This document shows positions 48,866 to 61,000 of a DNA stretch of 64,000 bases, one piece after another. Both the position numbers and the translations under genes were made by a program. This DNA is from Squalus acanthias (lineage: Eukaryota). The notes below the pieces were generated by a model. The model was not told the origin of the DNA and made no database searches. It saw only the letters and a program-made list of their open reading frames with translations. The first letter of the stretch is position 1. The number at the start of each line of letters is the position of its first letter. The stretch spans positions 124,001-188,000 of the forward strand of contig JASTWF010000558.1 of assembly GCA_030390025.1 (NCBI GenBank). Reading direction: 5' to 3'.

Positions 48866-49687
48866 CAGATAATTGTCACTAATCCACTTCCCGCCTCGGG
48901 GAGGCGGCTCCCAGCACAGGTCAGGTACCCACCTCCAGCAAAACTGACATGGGGGCGGGATGGGTTTGGGACCCCCGAATCTGCTATTTTCCCACCCCAC
49001 ACGCCTCCAAACCCACCTCCACGGGTCAATGAAAATTCTGCCCTGTGTCTCTGAACTGCAAAAGTGCACATTTTCAGAATCTAACAGAACTAAGCAGTAA
49101 GCTCTTTTAACAGACTGGAGGAGATCTAATTATATTAGATGTGCTTTCCTTTTCTACACTGGACAGTCAAGCCCACTTTTTCAACCAATATCAGCTCCAC
49201 TATGAGGGTACTAGAAATTACTGTAATGATAAAGGTCAGTCTCCACCTCTCCAATTTTTCTTCTTTGGCCTGTTAACTTGCCCTAATAAATGCTGATGGG
49301 CTCCAGCCTTTCACTACTAGACTGGAGAGAAACTTTTCCCGGCCTATATTGAGCTCAGTACCTTGCCTCTGCTGGGTGTTGCTCCTGACAACCCAGCTGA
49401 GATCAGCATGTCACCACGACAAGTATGTGAGGGGGGAAGGAGTACGGGCATTCTCGCTGTCTCCAGTCGGCTCCTAACCGTCCCCTTTGCATGGCCCAGC
49501 TATTAACTGGAGGGATTCCTGTCTCTAGCCAGCTCAGTAACTTTGACCCATTGACTGCTGCACTGACAAAGTCAAGATCGGCAGCTTGGAGGAACAGGAG
49601 TATGAATCACTGTCCATTCAAACAGGGCTTTGATGTGCTGCACCGCAGACTAGCCAGGAAGTCTCATGTTTCTATTTTAATTTGCAG

Positions 49688-49758
49688 GTGGCTATTCAGA
49701 GACTTATGCTGCATTGTGTGATTACAATGGGTTCCCCTTCAAGGAAGAGATCCAGTGG
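49688..49758 (+). CDS. CARMIL2: CARMIL exon (probable exon 7): (G)[23 protein letters not shown]
   Basis: tgcAG acceptor, TGG|GTATGT donor, 71 nt, phase 1-0. [16 protein letters not shown] is the CARMIL2 signature. Confidence 0.95.
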
Positions 49759-50189
49759 GTATGTTTACATGTGTATCCAAAATAACTAGCTGGCGTTACA
49801 TAAATTAATGCAAAATATGCAGCAGTCATGTTGTGAAAGAAGTGAGGAGAATGACGATGATGTAAAAGCTGGCACATACACATGGAAACACTGCATCACC
49901 AATGGTACGGCATGTGACGACAGTGTCTTGTACCATCAGACCAACAGGGAAGGTGTTACAGAACAAGAAAGTTGGGAAACTTGAAGAATGAGCAGACTAG
50001 ACTGCTCTTCCACATCACTCCTTGTAGCCTGTTACAGATGGGCACTGGGCAGGGCCTTGTAATACATAGTCTATAGTCAAAAAGGTGGCTAAAATTTGGA
50101 AGGAAAAATAATTAAAATATTAATATTGGCCAATATAGAAATTATTTATTTCCTGTAACTGACAGTTATCTGAATATTAATAATTGCCA

Positions 50190-50500
50190 CCATTTTCTCC
50201 TGAAGGAGCTTCTGTTGATTTTACAGTTCCACAAATGTTGGCTACCCTCCAGTGGCCTTTTTTAACATGTGAGCATAGACAATGAGTGCCATCAGGTTAT
50301 TTGATCACAGGGGGTATAACAGATGAGCCCAAATCTATTATCACCCAACATCCCCACTTTTCAGCAGGGTTCACTGGATAGTGATGAGGAGCGAGAATTC
50401 TATCTGAGATCCCTCCCCCCGCCTCCCCACCCCCCTTCATAGGCATGGGGTGAGGTGTCAATTGTAGTGCTTTAACTGAAATCGGCTGACAGGTTGGATT
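50190..50500 (-). mobile_element. Degraded AmnSINE2-like SINE
   Basis: ttctcctgaagg...ccctccagt...cagcagggttcactggatagtgat...caattgtagtgc. Confidence 0.55.
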
Positions 50501-50687
50501 TCTTGCCCATTGTTAATTGATTCACAAAAAGACCTTCTACAGCAACAAATATGTATGTGTATTCTTGTCATTCAACACTTTCCTTCGCTCTCTTATCACA
50601 CTGAGGTGAGTATACACACTGCCTCAAGTCAAATTTGGAAATGCTCTGAGAGTGATGGAGTGAATTGTCAGTTTGACAGCTCTGTTA

Positions 50688-52060
50688 GGAACATAGGAAC
50701 AGGAGTGGGCCATTCAGCTCCTCGAGCCTGTTCCGCCATTCAATTAGATCTGTATCTTAACTCCATCTACCCGCCTTGGTTCCATAACCTTTATTGCTCT
50801 TGTCTAACAAAAATCTATCAATCTCAGTTTTGAAATTTTCAATTGACCCCTAGCCTCAACAGCTTTTTGGGGGAGAGAGTTCCAGATTTCCACTACCCTT
50901 TGTGTGAAAAAGTACTTTCTAACATCACCCCTCAACGGCCCTAGCTCTAATTTTACTGTTATGCCCCCTTGTTCTGGACTCTCCCACCAGAAGAAATAGT
51001 TTCTATCTACCCTATCAAATCCTTTAATCATCTTAAACACCTCAATTAGATCACCCCTTAATCTTCTATATTCAAGGGAATACAAGCCTAGTCTTTGCAA
51101 CCTGTCCTCATAACTTAACCTTTTTAGCCCCGGTATCATTCTGGTGAATCTGCGCTGCACCCCCTCTAAGGCCAGTATATCCTTCCTGAGGTGTGGTGTC
51201 CAGAAATAAATGCCGTACTCCAGATGGGGTCTGACCAGAGCTTTGTACAGCTGTAACATAATTTCCACCCCTTTGTATTCCAGCCTCCTTGAGATAAAGG
51301 CCAACATTTCATTAGCTTTTAAATTATTTTTTGTACCTGTCCACTAGCTTTTAGTGATTTTTGTACTTGGACCCCTAAATCTCCCTGCTCCTCCACAGTT
51401 CCGAGCTTGTCGCCATTTAGAAAATACTCTGATCTATCTATCTTTCTTGGGTCCAAAGTGGATGACCTGATCATTGAACTTCATCTGCCACAGTTTTGCC
51501 CACTCACTTAATCTAGCAATGTTCCTTTGCAACTTTCTGCTCCCATCTACACTATTTACTGTGCCAGCTAACTTAGTGTCATCAGCAAACTTAGATATAC
51601 GGCTCTCTCTTCCTTCATCCAAGTCATTCATAAATATAGTGAAAAGCTGTGGCCCCAGTACAGATCCCTGGGGAACACCACTAGTCACATCCTGCCAATT
51701 TGAGTACATACCCATTATCCCTACTCTCTATCTCCGACCTCCTAACCAATTCCCTATCCAAGCTAATAGGTTGTCTCCAATTCCATGCGCTTTCATTTTT
51801 AACAGTCTCTTACGGGGAACCTTGTTGAATGCCTTCTGGAAGTCCATATAAATAACATCGATAGACACTCCCTTATCTGCCATGTTATTTACCACCTCAA
51901 AAAATTCAACTAGGTTTGTTAGACATGACTTGCCCATTACAAATCCATGCTGGCTCTCTCTGATCAGCTCATATTTGTCCCTAATAACAGATTCTAGTAT
52001 CTTCCCCACAATTGACATTAGACTAATATGCCTATAATTTCCTAGTTTATCTCTCTGGCC
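50688..52060 (-). mobile_element. 5'-truncated CR1 LINE
   Basis: ORFs ESQHGF/KAFNKVP, GVPQGSVLGP/FADDTKL, RPHLEY...RRLRGDLIEVFK; (gttcctat)n tail. Confidence 0.94.
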
Positions 52061-52197
52061 CAGGTGTCTTCTACATGACCATGAGAAAAGTAAATTTTCG
52101 TGTAGCCGATGTGTTTAATTAGCCTGTCTTCAGCAGCTTTTTGTGATGCAGTTCAAACGTGACCAGTCAGCTGGACTTTCTATTTTTCTCCCCCGAG

Positions 52198-52271
52198 GAT
52201 GTAGACACCATCTACCACAGCCAGAACACCCGGGAGTTTAACCTGCTAGACTTCAGCCACTTGGACACTCG
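52198..52271 (+). CDS. CARMIL2: CARMIL exon (probable exon 8): DVDTIYHSQNTREFNLLDFSHLDT(R)
   Basis: ccccgAG acceptor, CG|GTGAGT donor, 74 nt, phase 0-2. DVDTIY...DFSHL is conserved in all CARMILs. Confidence 0.95.
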
Positions 52272-52506
52272 GTGAGTTAAGGCCAACTCTTCCTTTCAGA
52301 TCACTTAGGTGAGCTAAAATTAAAAGTAAAGTTTCTCTCAATAGGTGGAACCTAGTCCAAATCAGATATAGGAGTATAAATTTATCTTTGGTGGTACTGC
52401 AAAACGGGTGGTGTTGCATCAGCATCCCGCTATACGCCCCACCCGATATTCAGTTCTATTGACTTCAGCTGGGCACTGGGCAAGGCCCTGTAGTAAGGGA
52501 AAAACA

Positions 52507-53196
52507 CGGGGAAAAATTGTGGGGGGGGGGGGGTTAATTTTAGCGGCCCGAAAAGGTTAGTGCCCCCCCCCCCCCCAACCGTAAATTCACCCACTACTGG
52601 AAAGCGCTCCACCTCCTGCTTGGGGCGCTACTACTGAATTCCGTGGCGCTATGTGCAGCAGTGCCACACGTCGGCCTCATTGCAGACCTCCTCCCCTGAT
52701 TAAAGGGGAAGGGCCTAGCGCTGCGTGCACCGGCGCCCTGCTGGACCACCGGGGAGCGGGGTGCCGTGAAAACAGCCCGGCGCTCAAGAGGAGTTCCAGG
52801 CTGAGCGATCGCGGCCGGCACCCCGCATACAAAAGTGAAAGGGGGCAGGTGCTGGCAGTCGGCCAAAATAAAAATGGCCACCCGACACCTGCCCTTTAAC
52901 TTGCGCCGCCGCCGCTGCCAAACCGCCCTCTGATCCTGTCGCACATATTGTGCGGCGATAGGTCAGGGGGCGCAAGGGAAGTTTGTGGCCAAGGCGCGAG
53001 CGGGGTGCTGCGCACGGCCATGACGTCATCGCCGGCAGCGCAACGGTGTGGGGCGCTACTGGCTACCGGCGCTACTGGCTACCACCGCCGCTAACCTCCC
53101 GCTGAATTTCACGGGAGGTGTTATCGGCGCCGCGCCCGGGCACTAGGGGTTTTGCGCCCTTAACGAGAGGCACAAACCAACCCAATTTTTCCCCCG
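52507..53196. mobile_element. GC-rich Harbinger-type MITE (family of 4978-5686, inverted)
   Basis: TIRs cggggaaaaattg / caatttttcccccg; collinear reverse-complement similarity to 4978-5686. Confidence 0.8.
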
Positions 53197-53454
53197 TAGT
53201 CCATAGTCGGGTGGTGACTAACATTGGAAGGAAAAATAATTTAAAAAGGAGAATATTAGCCAATATGAAAGGTGGACAAAAATGCATTTCCTGTTACTGA
53301 CAGTTATCTGAATATTATTCATTTCCCCCCATTTTCTCCTGAAGGTACTCTTGTTGATGTTACAGTTCCACTGAAGCTAGCTATCCTCCAGTGGGCATTC
53401 CTTATGTGTGAGCCTTGACAGTGAGTGCTATCATGGCTGGACTTTCTCTTGTTT

Positions 53455-53645
53455 GTGATGGTCATTAATTGGCACTCAAGTGATGTGAATGTTACCTGCC
53501 ACTGGTGAGCCTAAGCCTGTATGTTATCCAGGTCCTTCTGTAGGCTGGCCTGAGTGGCTTCATCATTGGAGGAGTTGTGAATGGAGTTGAACACTGTGGA
53601 ATCATCAGTGAATAGCCTCACTCCTGACCTTATGATGAAGGAGAC
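53455..53645 (-). mobile_element. Degraded RT fragment of the 45180-46630 LINE family
   Basis: Reverse complement resembles 45700-45890. Confidence 0.6.
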
Positions 53646-53891
53646 TGTGTGGAGACAACAGGCCATTCTCTAGAGGAGGGAGGGAGGTAAAACCAGAGGA
53701 AGAGTGACCCTAGGCCACTCTCAGATCCCTCCTAGTAACCACCACGAGTACAAGCTGTTTCTCTTATTTACTTTCAACATTATTATATCTTCACTCTGGG
53801 AGGAAAAAAGTGATTTCTGGTGAAATTACATTCAAGTAAATTGGATTTTTTTTTAAATCCTCTGAAATGAGTGGATCCATTGGACTGTTCT

Positions 53892-53985
53892 AAAATAAAA
53901 GCAGAAAATGCTGGAAATACTCAGCAGGGCAGGCAGCATCTGTAGAGAGAGAAACAGAGTTAACGTTTCAGGTCGAAGACTCTTT
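53892..53985 (-). mobile_element. Truncated Penelope-like terminal-repeat fragment
   Basis: gaaaatgctggaaatactcagcagg...gagttaacgtttcaggtcga; lacks the CTGATGA half of the hammerhead. Confidence 0.75.
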
Positions 53986-54047
53986 TCTAAATATGCTTTT
54001 AATGTTTATTGCCTTGATCAAACATTAATACCTTTTCTGTCTAACAG

Positions 54048-54123
54048 AGATGTGGCATTGAGTGTGGCAGCTTTGGCATTTAACCAGTGGTTTACAAAGC
54101 TTTTCTCCAAGGATTTACGACTG
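54048..54123 (+). CDS. CARMIL2: CARMIL exon (probable exon 9): (R)DVALSVAALAFNQWFTKLFSKDLRL
   Basis: aacAG acceptor, CTG|GTAAGT donor, 76 nt, phase 2-0. Contains the AALxxNxWF motif. Confidence 0.95.
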
Positions 54124-55018
54124 GTAAGTCCTATTGGAACAAATTGGATGTATTACACCAAGAATCAGTCTGGCAAAAACTCTGGGTAGCATCACTGTAG
54201 AGTGTGGAAAGCAGTTGCAATCATGTCTACAGCCGGGTAATTAGTAGCTTTAAATCCAAATTAACCGCAGCTAATTGCAAAGACTGTTTTACTCCAAATT
54301 ATTTCCTGTGTGACCCAATGTTTGACTGCAGTGAAGGAAATAATCTGATATTTGGTTGACGTCTTAATGCTACATTTAGTTGATTATTTACACCACAAAA
54401 TGTAATCTAAGCACATTAATAATGGGGAGCAAGCCCCTTGTAGCAGACTGATCCATGTTGCCTTGATATCTTCTGTTTGTCTAATGTCCAACGTAACTTG
54501 AGAAGTTATATTTGTCCTCTAACCCAAAGAAATAAAATAAAATTATTTTAGTGCTGTTTGCAGGCAACAGGAGAGATCTGACCAAAAACAAAGTAACCCA
54601 GAGACATTCCCCAAACTCTCTGGTCCCCACTGCAAATCCAAATGTGCAGCAAGCATTATTCTACACACATTCACATTTATAACTGCTTCTGAGGCGAAAC
54701 AGGTTCTGCAAAAAAATACCACTTAGGCCTTGCATTGAAGGAAGTTGGAGAGTGAGATTTTCAAGAACGTGATTCTCATTTGACATTGGTAAAACTAATG
54801 AATCAGCAGTCTACTAACAGTCATATGTTTTAGGAGGTGACGTTCACTTAATATTACCAGTCAGATCAGGTGAACTATAGGCAACTTCAGTAAAGACGTG
54901 TCTGGAAAAAACTCGCTTTACTTTGAATCCTTTTGGTTTGAGTGGAAATGGACGAAAGGAGGTGGTGTGGCAGTACATATAAACTCTAGTACAGTATTGA
55001 GGCACAGTATTTAATTAA

Positions 55019-55734
55019 CACCTAGCCAGTGATTTACTTGCAGTTGACTGCCAACTGACTTACAGTTTTTTAAAGTTATAAAACTAAGGTTAAATTTTAG
55101 TGTGTTAAACACACAATTTATGTACTATTTACCATTGAATTCCCACTCTCTCCAAATTTCCATTTTACCAGCCAACCCAATTGCCTGGACAAAGTGTGTC
55201 ATTATAACTGGAGTATATTCAAGTTAGTTGTAGCCCTGGGTTCTGGAAATCTAGGAAAATGGTCAAGGGCTTCCCGAGTGTTTTTGTTTATGAACAGGGA
55301 TTTAACCCTGAGTGAATCATGTGGTGAATGGTTAGTCAATGTGATTATGATTGATTCATATGATGAACAGCTTGTCAATGTCAATCTAACTGTTTACATG
55401 AAACTCAAGTCCCCATACATGAGGCTAAATACTGGAGAGCCCTTGCTCAGACTATTTAAAGCCCACTGTACTCAGACTAGTATGGAACTTACTGCAAGTC
55501 GGGTCTGGCAGATATACAGTGAAGACAACTCGAGCACAGAGCATAACAGAGTGAGTGAAGACTTTAAATTAGGAATTTGCTGAGAGTGGGAATTCAGTGG
55601 TAAATAGTGCGTAAGTAGTACATAAATTGTGTTTTTATCAAACTAAAATTTAACCTTAGTTTTTTTTAAACTCAAACTGCAAGTCATTTGGCAGTTAACT
55701 GTCAGTCACCTGTAAGTAAATCACTGGCCAGGTG
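55019..55734. mobile_element. Foldback element with about 140-bp inverted arms, possibly a piggyBac-type MITE
   Basis: 55019-55150 is the reverse complement of about 55582-55734; flanked by TTAA (55015-55018) and TTAG (55735-55738). Confidence 0.6.
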
Positions 55735-55817
55735 TTAGATACTGTGTGGCTGGGGGCTGACTGACCAGACATCATGGTTGTGTCTGAAACTGGTTTTGTG
55801 TCTGCAAGCGTACAGCA

Positions 55818-55891
55818 GAGTGAGCAGGGAACGCGAGTGAGCAGGGAACGCGAGTGAGCAGGGAACGCGAGTGAGCAGGGAACGCGAGTGA
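55818..55891. repeat. 17-bp tandem repeat, about 4.5 copies
   Basis: (gagtgagcagggaacgc)n. Confidence 0.9.
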
Positions 55892-57241
55892 GGGAGATGG
55901 TGGCAGCAGATAGCACTGATTCATTCAAATGCAAATGAGATAGATTTATTTCAGAAAATAATAATTTGGGATAAGGTATATGAGTAATTGAAGACATGAC
56001 ATATGGTAAGTGTAGCGTGCTTGGGAGGAGCAGGTGACTTTGGATCTATGGTTCCCAAAGCTTTCCACCACTGGGGTTTTCCTCTCATGTCTGGGTCTGT
56101 TGTAGACTAGTTGAGAGATTGATTGCTATTAGTCAACAACTCCATTAACATTGTATCATGTGACTACCAGGGTGGTAGAAGGTGAACCAGATGGACTTTG
56201 ATCTTTTTTCATCTAGGAATTCCTATGTTCATCTTTATCACACTGCATTGCTGGACCTGGTTTTTTTTGTAAACCTCCTGAGCCAAACTCATAGGGTTAC
56301 AATATATTTGCCATTGCTCAGAATGCCATTTCCTGTACTTTTATCAATATCAGTAGATCTAAAACCATCACGCTACTGAGCAGTGTAGCTGTGCAATTTA
56401 AGAGATTTGACCATACAGTCCAAACATGGAAATATTTGCTGGTTGTTAAGGGTCCTGGTTCTGTGATGTACCATAGTGCTGGCATTCTTTGAAATTTTCT
56501 GTATTTGCCAGAACAAACGAAACTACTTAAAAGATATGGAGAATAAATTAAGTGAAGCTGGTCATTCCCAGGGGTATGAGAGACACGCACACACCTAATG
56601 TAATCAGGCGGATTAAAGGAACATCGTAATAAAATTAATATTAAAAAATTCAATAGAAGTTAAATTATTTTTCAAATAATTTAAAGTGAGGTATGAAAAA
56701 TAATCCAGCTGTGAGAAATGATTGAATTTTCCACTCAAACAGTCCTCTCCGGTGTTTCTGTGCAGCAGCTTACTAAAAATAACTGATTATAAAAAATAAT
56801 AATTAATAAACTCTAAATTGTTATGATAAATGGCAGGTCAAAATAGATCAATTTACAGAATTGAATTTCTTTCAGGATTGACTTCTTCCTTCACATTTAA
56901 CTGCCCTTGAACTCTGATTTCTTCCCAGTTTATTCAGATCTCTGTGTCTTCGTGCAGCCATTTGTTTGCTCCAGCTGAAGTTGTTTTTGGCCCATTTCTT
57001 GTAGAAGAGAGAAATTTGCCATTTTATGGGAAATACAGTTCTAGCCTTTGCCATTACTTCTTTTTGGACAGCCTGTAACTAGTGTTGATTTCAAAAATTC
57101 ACCTGGTGGAAAATTGGCACGTTGACGAACCTAAGTACAGGTGACAGTAAGGATAGTGATGAAAGGTAATCTTGAATAGGGGAATTTTTAATGAAGGAAT
57201 CTACCTAATGTATTCTTTGTAATATTCCTTGTCGCCGCCAG

Positions 57242-57330
57242 AGCCCCGATGTGTTAGAGCAGGTCCTCTATGTGATCAGTTGGTCCACTAAACTGGAGGA
57301 GCTGGTTTTAGAAAATGCTGGAATGAAGTT
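57242..57330 (+). CDS. CARMIL2: CARMIL exon (probable exon 10, LRR): SPDVLEQVLYVISWSTKLEELVLENAGMK(F)
   Basis: gccAG acceptor, TT|GTAAGT donor, 89 nt, phase 0-2. LEELVLENAG LRR motif. Confidence 0.94.
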
Positions 57331-57409
57331 GTAAGTAGACTATCGATTTTGATGGTGTTTTCATTATGTTAACATTCAGTTATGCATTTTTCCTTCCTTT
57401 TATCTAGCA

Positions 57410-57705
57410 ATTTTCTCCCTACTTGCTGGGGTGCAGTTCCATGGGTGTGAGGTGCTGTCCATTCCCTCATTATCCTATATGTGTGAGCCTAGACAATAAA
57501 TGTTGGCAGGTTATTCGACTGCAGAGAGTATCACAGCTGAACCAGGTGCTTTCCTCACCTAACGTTTGCACGTGCTCACTCTGGCAAAGGTCGCTGGATA
57601 ATGATGAGTGGGACTCTTGACAGATTTGCCTGAAGGGATTGAACCTTTTCTGACCTTAATGGTTCAGCTACTCACTGTCCTAACCAGCTGAGCCATTAGT
57701 GTAGC
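57410..57705 (-). mobile_element. Degraded AmnSINE2-like SINE
   Basis: tgctggggtgcagttccatgg...gtgtgagcctagaca...cagctgagcca. Confidence 0.55.
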
Positions 57706-58805
57706 CCCAATTGCTTTTGTTAAAGACTTATAAATGTTGGGAATACATCTAGTTCAGGTTGTGATGGAACAGTCTGTTTGCTCCTTTAAAAAGCTCACCA
57801 TTCTGTTGTGCCTTTGCAGTGCCACCAATTTCCTGATTTTAACGTGGAATAAAATTATATTTAATTTGGTTAAATTTGTTATATTAATATTGCCTTATAC
57901 AAATAAACTATTTTTTGCATAGCTGTAATTCAAACTGTGACTTAGATCGGCAATGTTGTTCATATAGCAGCTATTGGAAGAAATTCTTTTAAATAGTGAA
58001 ATGGCAGGACACTGTAGGAGGATATGGAACTTATCAAACTATGTGGTAACATCACAACTGGAAGTACTTCTCTGCCCCTGGTACAGGCAGTGTTACACCT
58101 AATTCTGGTGTGCAGGACTAAACCGCAGGAGGACTATTTCTTTTTTTTTATGGAAGCTGATGGCAAAGTGACATGTTCAACTTATTTCTATTCACAGGTC
58201 ATTGAATGAAACATTTATATTCGTTTTGTGACTCGGGTGTAACGGGAAAAACTGAGTGATTTCTTTGTGAATTTAATAATTTATCCTTTTTTTCCCAAGA
58301 AGGAAACCAACTGTGTTTGAAGAAAGGTTAAAGGCAGCTCACACACTTCAATAAGCAGTATTAAAGTATCACCCAAACTTGTAATAATCACTTAAAGCTA
58401 AATTTTAAAAAGGCTTGAATTAATCATTTTATTTAAAAAAAAATTATTATTATTCCCACACCAGTTGCAGCAGACTAGATGATGTGGAACATGAAATACC
58501 CCCAGTGATTCCACTTGTGAGAAAGATCTTCATATCTCACTGCGTGGAATAAATCGCCGCTGCCTGTGCTCCCCGAGTATCTCCTCTATTTTATTCCATA
58601 GAATTTTAAGTTTTGTGATCCAGCAGTGGCTGTGGGCAAGTCCTTTTCCTTCATTTTTGATTGTGCAGCGTCATAATTCTATCCTAAGTAAGAGAAGAAA
58701 CAGTGTTGTCCAGGTCTACAGGCCCCGGATTTCTATGTTGATGTACATTAGAGTTGAGTTGCAGTCAATCAGTCTGTATGTTACATAAGTGTCTTACTGT
58801 TTCAG

Positions 58806-58900
58806 TGACGCTGGCCAGAAAATAGCACTGGCTCTGGAAGAGAATTTCCACCCTGTGCTTCACACGATAAACCTATCCAACAACCAGCTGGAGGACAGAG
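58806..58900 (+). CDS. CARMIL2: CARMIL exon (probable exon 11, LRR): (F)DAGQKIALALEENFHPVLHTINLSNNQLEDR(G)
   Basis: ttcAG acceptor, AG|GTAAAG donor, 95 nt, phase 2-1. LHTINLxxNxLEDRG LRR; overlaps ORF 58789-59031. Confidence 0.94.
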
Positions 58901-59302
58901 GTAAAGATCAGACTTTGGCCTCTTCCGTTGCATTGATTTATTATTTACTGGTAAAGTTGTTACAGAACTGTTTTGTCAGAATTTTTTTAACTTCTAGTTT
59001 TGGTCCAATGCAAGGCCCAGCTCAAACCTAGGTCACCACCATGCATCCTCGTCCAGACACACTGAACAAATGTTATTGATGCAGCTTTAGGAACTGCCAG
59101 CAGGAGGCATACTTTATATGGGTCAAGCTGGACAATCTAACAGCTCAGCTAAGTACCAAGAAATTATGTCACCAAACTGGGAATTATAAATCTGACTAAG
59201 AGGCAATCCAGAGACTTGAATCATTTCCTTCTGGATGGGAGTCGAGTGTTCAAGCACCTGAATTACTAAACTTCCGGCACCAATCCATTCTAGAACTTCC
59301 AA

Positions 59303-60032
59303 GGGCTGGATTTTCAATGACCCGTGGAGTCGGGTTTGGAGGCGTGTGGGGGGTTAAAGTTGCGGGGTCGGGGGTCCCGACCCCATCCCGCCTCCAACCC
59401 ACCTCCACGCAATTTTGATAAAATCGTGTGCGGTGTTCCCGACTCCGTCCCGCCTCCAAGAGGCGGGAGAGGCCATTAAAGCCCTTAACAAGCCCTAAAT
59501 TGGCTCTGTAATGCCATTTTGAAATGTTTTAGCTAGTTTAACCCTTTTCTGACGTGAAGCACGCCTGATGTGAAACACGCCAGTGAAACCTGGCGGGAGC
59601 ACAAGTGGATAGCTGACTATCAGCTGCAGGTCCACTATTACAACGGAGATGTGATGAAGGTAGTAGTAATATTAGGTCTGAAAGTCGCCTCTGATGCTGC
59701 TGCATTGAATGTCTTCAGAGACTGCTGGGCCTTTGGAGGACCTGGATGGAAAAAAAATCTCTCTCTCTCTCTCTCTCTGCATTTTGCATCCAGGTTCTCT
59801 CACAGCAAAGGCCAGGCAATCTCTGAGACCAGACCCGGCAGTCTCTGACCTACAATGATGACATCATCAGAGGCGACTTTCAGACTGAAACCACTAATTG
59901 GTTCATGGGTTCCCACATGCTGGAACTCAATTGCCCAATTAAGTGAAAATTGCATCAATCTCCCACATCCAATTTCAGGCGGATGGATAACACGAAATGC
60001 GGATGACACGACCCCAAGACAAAATCCAGCCC
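59303..60032. mobile_element. Harbinger-type MITE (family of 47947-49043, inverted)
   Basis: Perfect 12-bp TIR gggctggatttt / aaaatccagccc; 3-bp TSD CAA (59300-59302, 60033-60035). Confidence 0.88.
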
Positions 60033-60229
60033 CAAGTGTCTAAATTCATGCAGCCTTCCCATGTGAAATATGCCTCTTCTAAACTAGGACATAACAGCTC
60101 TGGTGTCAGAAGTCGCAAAGACTTTTGGGTCCCTGTTGGGTTGAAGGAAAGATCCACAGAACAACATGGTTGTTATAGTATACAAAATTAGTAAAAGGGT
60201 TCTGTTTGAGACATGGGTACATACACTGT

Positions 60230-61000
60230 TTTAGAGCACAGTTGTGGTTTCTATCCACAAGAAGGGAAATTCTAATGAGAAACTACCGAGGGATCTTGCT
60301 GATATCTGTGGTTCTTAAATTAGCTTTTTGAGTCATTGTGGATGTGTTGCAGGCCTGTGGTGTAATCAAAAAGAAAATGCTGGATTTCATTCTCATGAAA
60401 AATGTGTGCAGCGGATTGCGGCTTTACACAAGTTCACGGAATACCATAAGACTTCGGGGAAACCTATTTGCATTGTTTTAATTGATATCAATAAGACTTT
60501 CAACATACTTCATGAAAAAGCTGGACACTATGATGGTACATGGCTAAATTCAGGATGGGCACTCTCATTCCAAGATCGGCATAAGGGTAGATGAGATACT
60601 CACTTGGCCTATCCCTCTCCAAAGAGGAGTGAAATTGTCCTCTGTCACCCACCCTATTCAATATCCTCATCAATGATGTGTCAAATGGCATCGTAAGGGA
60701 CAACATTGGAGGGTCTGTTCCAGGCACTTCTGAAAGAGTCGCAATGCTTTCTTTCAAGAATGATATTGTGTTGTTAGCAGACTCTCCTAGGGCTGTAATA
60801 CACTTACCTCATCAGCTTGAACAATGGACTAACCAATGGAATATGATGCTGCTGCTCTCGAATGCAATATTACAGCTTCAGATCGTTCACCTCCAGCAAC
60901 ATTTCTATAGAAACCGGGTGTCCCTAAGTCTTGACTCTGTTAACAAGGTGATGGGTTTCTGCATGATCAGGCACACAGTTGATCACAAAAAAAGCTAAGC
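60230..61000 (+). mobile_element. Highly degraded non-LTR retrotransposon RT fragment (clade uncertain)
   Basis: Remnants IHKKG, NYRGILL, NAGF, LIDINKTF and CPLSPTLFNILIND across frames. Confidence 0.6.

Larger units (their letters stand above)
47947..49043. mobile_element. Harbinger-type MITE with tandem hairpins, containing a Penelope-like insertion
   Basis: TIRs gggctggattttg / gaaaattctgccc, 3-bp TSD TGT (47944-47946, 49044-49046). Confidence 0.85.
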
